NCBI GenBank assembly: GCA_049322915.1
Contig: JBMOPW010000034.1
Span: 128,001 to 192,000, forward strand
Reading direction: 5' to 3'
Length of the DNA stretch: 64,000 bases
From: Candidatus Zhuqueibacterota bacterium
Lineage (GTDB): Bacteria > Zhuqueibacterota > Zhuqueibacteria > Thermofontimicrobiales > Thermofontimicrobiaceae
The translations under genes and the position numbers were made by a program. The stretch's first letter is position 1; each line of letters opens with the position of its first letter. The notes under the pieces are model-generated. The model was not told the DNA's origin, ran no database searches, and was given only the letters and a program-made list of their open reading frames with translations. Of the stretch, positions 61,738-64,000 are shown one piece after another.

Positions 61738-63423
61738 TTAAAATACTTTTCCAGCGAATAGCGCTAAATGCTCAAGGATCGGCCCCAGAACCAGTACCGG
61801 GAAGAAAGTCAAAGCCCCGACAATAAGCACAGTGCTGATCAGGATAATCACGAATAAAGGGCTGTCGGTCGGAAATCGTGAGCTTTCATGCGTCATCTTT
61901 TTCTTTGCCAGCGAACCAGCGATCGCCAGCGCGGGAATGATGGTGCTGAAACGCCCAACCAGCATGGCAAAAGCGAGAGTCAAATTATAAAAAATCGTAT
62001 TCGCATTTAGTCCGGCAAATGCTGAACCGTTATTGCCAGCGCCCGATGCAAACGCATAGAGGATTTCGGACAACCCATGAGGTCCGGCGTTATTCAGACT
62101 GGATAAGCCAAAGCTGCTCGAAGCCGCGATTGCCCCTGACAGAAGCTGTATGACGGAGGGCAAAACAATCGCTATCACCGCCATGATCATTTCGTAAGGC
62201 TCCAGTTTCTTCCCAAAAATTTCCGGAGTGCGGCCGATCATCAACCCGACGAGAAACATGGTGAGGATCGCGTACATCAACATGCTGATGAGGCCAACAC
62301 CAACGCCGCCAAAGATCGCTTCGCCCACCATGATATTAAACAGCAGCACAAGTCCGGTGAGTGGCATGAAACTGTCGTGCATGGAATTCACTGCGCCGCA
62401 GGAAGTTGTCGTTGTTGATTGGGCAAACACAACGGAAGCGAGTCGGCCGAACCGCACTTCTTTACCTTCCATATTGGCGCCGCGTTCTATCCCAAATTCT
62501 GCAAGTATTGGGTTGCTCTGAAATTCTGCCATAATGACGCCGGTGAGACCAACCAAATAAAGAATGAGCATTGCTGCAAAAATCGCCCAACCCTGTTTTC
62601 GATTTTTGAGCATGGCTCCAAAGGTCAGTGGGAGCGCCGCCGCGATCAGCAACAGCCCGATGATCTCCAGATAATCGGTAAGGGGCGTCGGATTTTCATA
62701 GGGGTGCGATGCATTGGCATTGAAGAATCCCCCTCCATTGGTTCCCAGTTGTTTGATTGCCTCCTGCGAAGCGACCGGACCCTGAGCGATAACCTGTTCG
62801 TGCCCTTCCAGCGTCTTTACAGTCAGATAGGGTTTAAAATTTTGAATCATTCCCTGTGAGACAAAAATGAGAGACAATAGAATCGACAGCGGCAGGAGCA
62901 CATACAGAATCGAGCGAGTCAGGTCCACCCAAAAACTACCAACGGCCTCGCTTGTTTTTCTGATGAATCCTCTGATGAAAGCGATAGACGCTGCCATTCC
63001 AACCGCCGCGGATAAAAAATTCTGGACGGTCATGCCCAGCATCTGGGTGAAATAGCTCATGGTCGCCTCGCCGCTATAGGCCTGCCAATTGGTATTGGTC
63101 ACGAACGAAATGGCCGTATTGAGCGCCGTGTCCCATCTCACTGCGCCAAACTTTTGAGGATTTAGCGGTAAAAGGGACTGCGCTAATTGGAGGACAAACA
63201 TGGCGACAATGCCGATGACGTTGAAAACCAGCAGACTGAATGCATAGGTTTTCCAACTCATTTCACGGGTTTCATCGATGCCCAACAGCCTGTAAAACCA
63301 CTTTTCCAGGGAGCATTTCAAACTACCTGTGAAAACCTTTGTGAGATAGTGTCCAACCGGAACGGCCAGGACAACGAGTGTACCAATCAGCAGCATCACC
63401 TGCAATACCGTGGTGATAACCAT
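61738..63423 (-). CDS. kdpA: K+-transporting ATPase subunit A
   Basis: TNTNWQAY, LGTNGGG, GRTPE, NNGSAF. Confidence 0.97.
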   Translation of the reverse strand: MVITTVLQVMLLIGTLVVLAVPVGHYLTKVFTGSLKCSLEKWFYRLLGIDETREMSWKTYAFSLLVFNVIGIVAMFVLQLAQSLLPLNPQKFGAVRWDTALNTAISFVTNTNWQAYSGEATMSYFTQMLGMTVQNFLSAAVGMAASIAFIRGFIRKTSEAVGSFWVDLTRSILYVLLPLSILLSLIFVSQGMIQNFKPYLTVKTLEGHEQVIAQGPVASQEAIKQLGTNGGGFFNANASHPYENPTPLTDYLEIIGLLLIAAALPLTFGAMLKNRKQGWAIFAAMLILYLVGLTGVIMAEFQSNPILAEFGIERGANMEGKEVRFGRLASVVFAQSTTTTSCGAVNSMHDSFMPLTGLVLLFNIMVGEAIFGGVGVGLISMLMYAILTMFLVGLMIGRTPEIFGKKLEPYEMIMAVIAIVLPSVIQLLSGAIAASSSFGLSSLNNAGPHGLSEILYAFASGAGNNGSAFAGLNANTIFYNLTLAFAMLVGRFSTIIPALAIAGSLAKKKMTHESSRFPTDSPLFVIILISTVLIVGALTFFPVLVLGPILEHLALFAGKVF

Positions 63424-63426
63424 GAT

Positions 63427-63498
63427 CTATCTTTCTGTTTTGATAATGAAAATGCTGTAACCGATATTAAATAAAGTCTGTCCGAAAACTGCTATCAT
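63427..63498 (-). CDS. Possible degenerate KdpF-like small peptide
   Basis: MIAVFGQTLFNIGYSIFIIKTER stops 3 nt before kdpA; only loosely like the KdpF C-terminus. Confidence 0.3.
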   Translation of the reverse strand: MIAVFGQTLFNIGYSIFIIKTER

Positions 63499-63551
63499 TG
63501 ACCTAACCACAACCCTCTCCGAAAAGGCTTACCCTGACCCATATCTTTTCT

Positions 63552-63764
63552 AACGCAGAGGTCGCAGAGACCGCAGAGGTACGCAGCGTTTTGGTACTGA
63601 AAAAAAACTGTTTGCAATCTTATGAAGCCAGGTATTTTCCTGGTTATTCTGGTCTTCTGTGACTATGGGTGAACATGACTTTCATTGATTGATTGAAAAT
63701 TTTAAAATCACTCAGGCCAATTCAAAGCGGGTCATGTCTCTGCGCCCTTCGCGACCTCTGCGTT
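63552..63764. repeat. Inverted pair of CGCAGAG-based REP-like repeats
   Basis: aacgcagaggtcgc at 63552-63565 and gcgacctctgcgtt at 63751-63764; tandem cgcagag units. Confidence 0.65.
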
Positions 63765-63776
63765 TCATTTGATTTG

Positions 63777-63855
63777 TTAACCCTACTACGTCACATAGAT
63801 TTTTTATCGTTGTATATTGTATTTTTGATAGATGAAATACTCAACATATTGTGAT
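63777..63855. repeat. Degenerate second copy of the 14393-14500 MITE-like element
   Basis: gttaaccctactacgtcac vs gttaaccctacaacgtcac (18/19); shared internal tatattgtat; no right end found. Confidence 0.55.
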
Positions 63856-64000
63856 AAATTTACTAACCTGAATTATTCATGAACTTGCTCAGAATTTGAG
63901 TCAACATTCAGATTTTCAATTAGCTAAAGGCTAAGCTATTTTGAAACTCAGTTTTTATACGTTTATTCCAAAAAGAGCACCATTCAGGTTAGCCAGCCTC

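Noticed and set aside
63970..64000. GGCTAACC on the minus strand, possible 3' end of a c-di-AMP riboswitch upstream of kdp
   Set aside because: Cut by the window edge; too little sequence to support
1..64000. CRISPR arrays, rRNA, intact transposases, integrases or reverse transcriptases
   Set aside because: None seen: no regularly spaced repeats and no corresponding protein motifs

Overview
Bacterial chromosomal window, almost all on the minus strand. The gene style (secreted proteins ending in a 'QNYPNPFNP' C-terminal domain, gingipain-like protease) suggests an FCB-group lineage such as KSB1/Calditrichota; this is an inference. Contents in order: C1 peptidase (partial), lipoprotein debranching enzyme, C25 protease, GIY-YIG nuclease; a 12-gene, 13-kb redox operon (Tat NHL protein, transporter, HdrC-like Fe-S proteins, PsrABC-like molybdoenzyme, heptaheme cytochrome c, FrdAB/TfrAB-like pair) behind a promoter-plus-terminator leader; S9 peptidase, radC, permease, tRNA-Pro, ald; the core cluster rimP-nusA-infB-rbfA-truB-ribF-rpsO-pnp; tRNA-Arg; an accessory patch (type III Res remnant, methyltransferase, MFS, class A beta-lactamase); a sodium:solute symporter; and a K+ locus (kimA-like, kinase-less kdpD, kdpCBA). 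The most striking unexplained item is an ~850-nt, densely base-paired segment with no credible ORF, bounded by a 12-bp direct repeat and lying between rpsO and pnp: a candidate large structured ncRNA or RNA-based mobile element. All assignments come from reading motifs by eye; no database searches were run.
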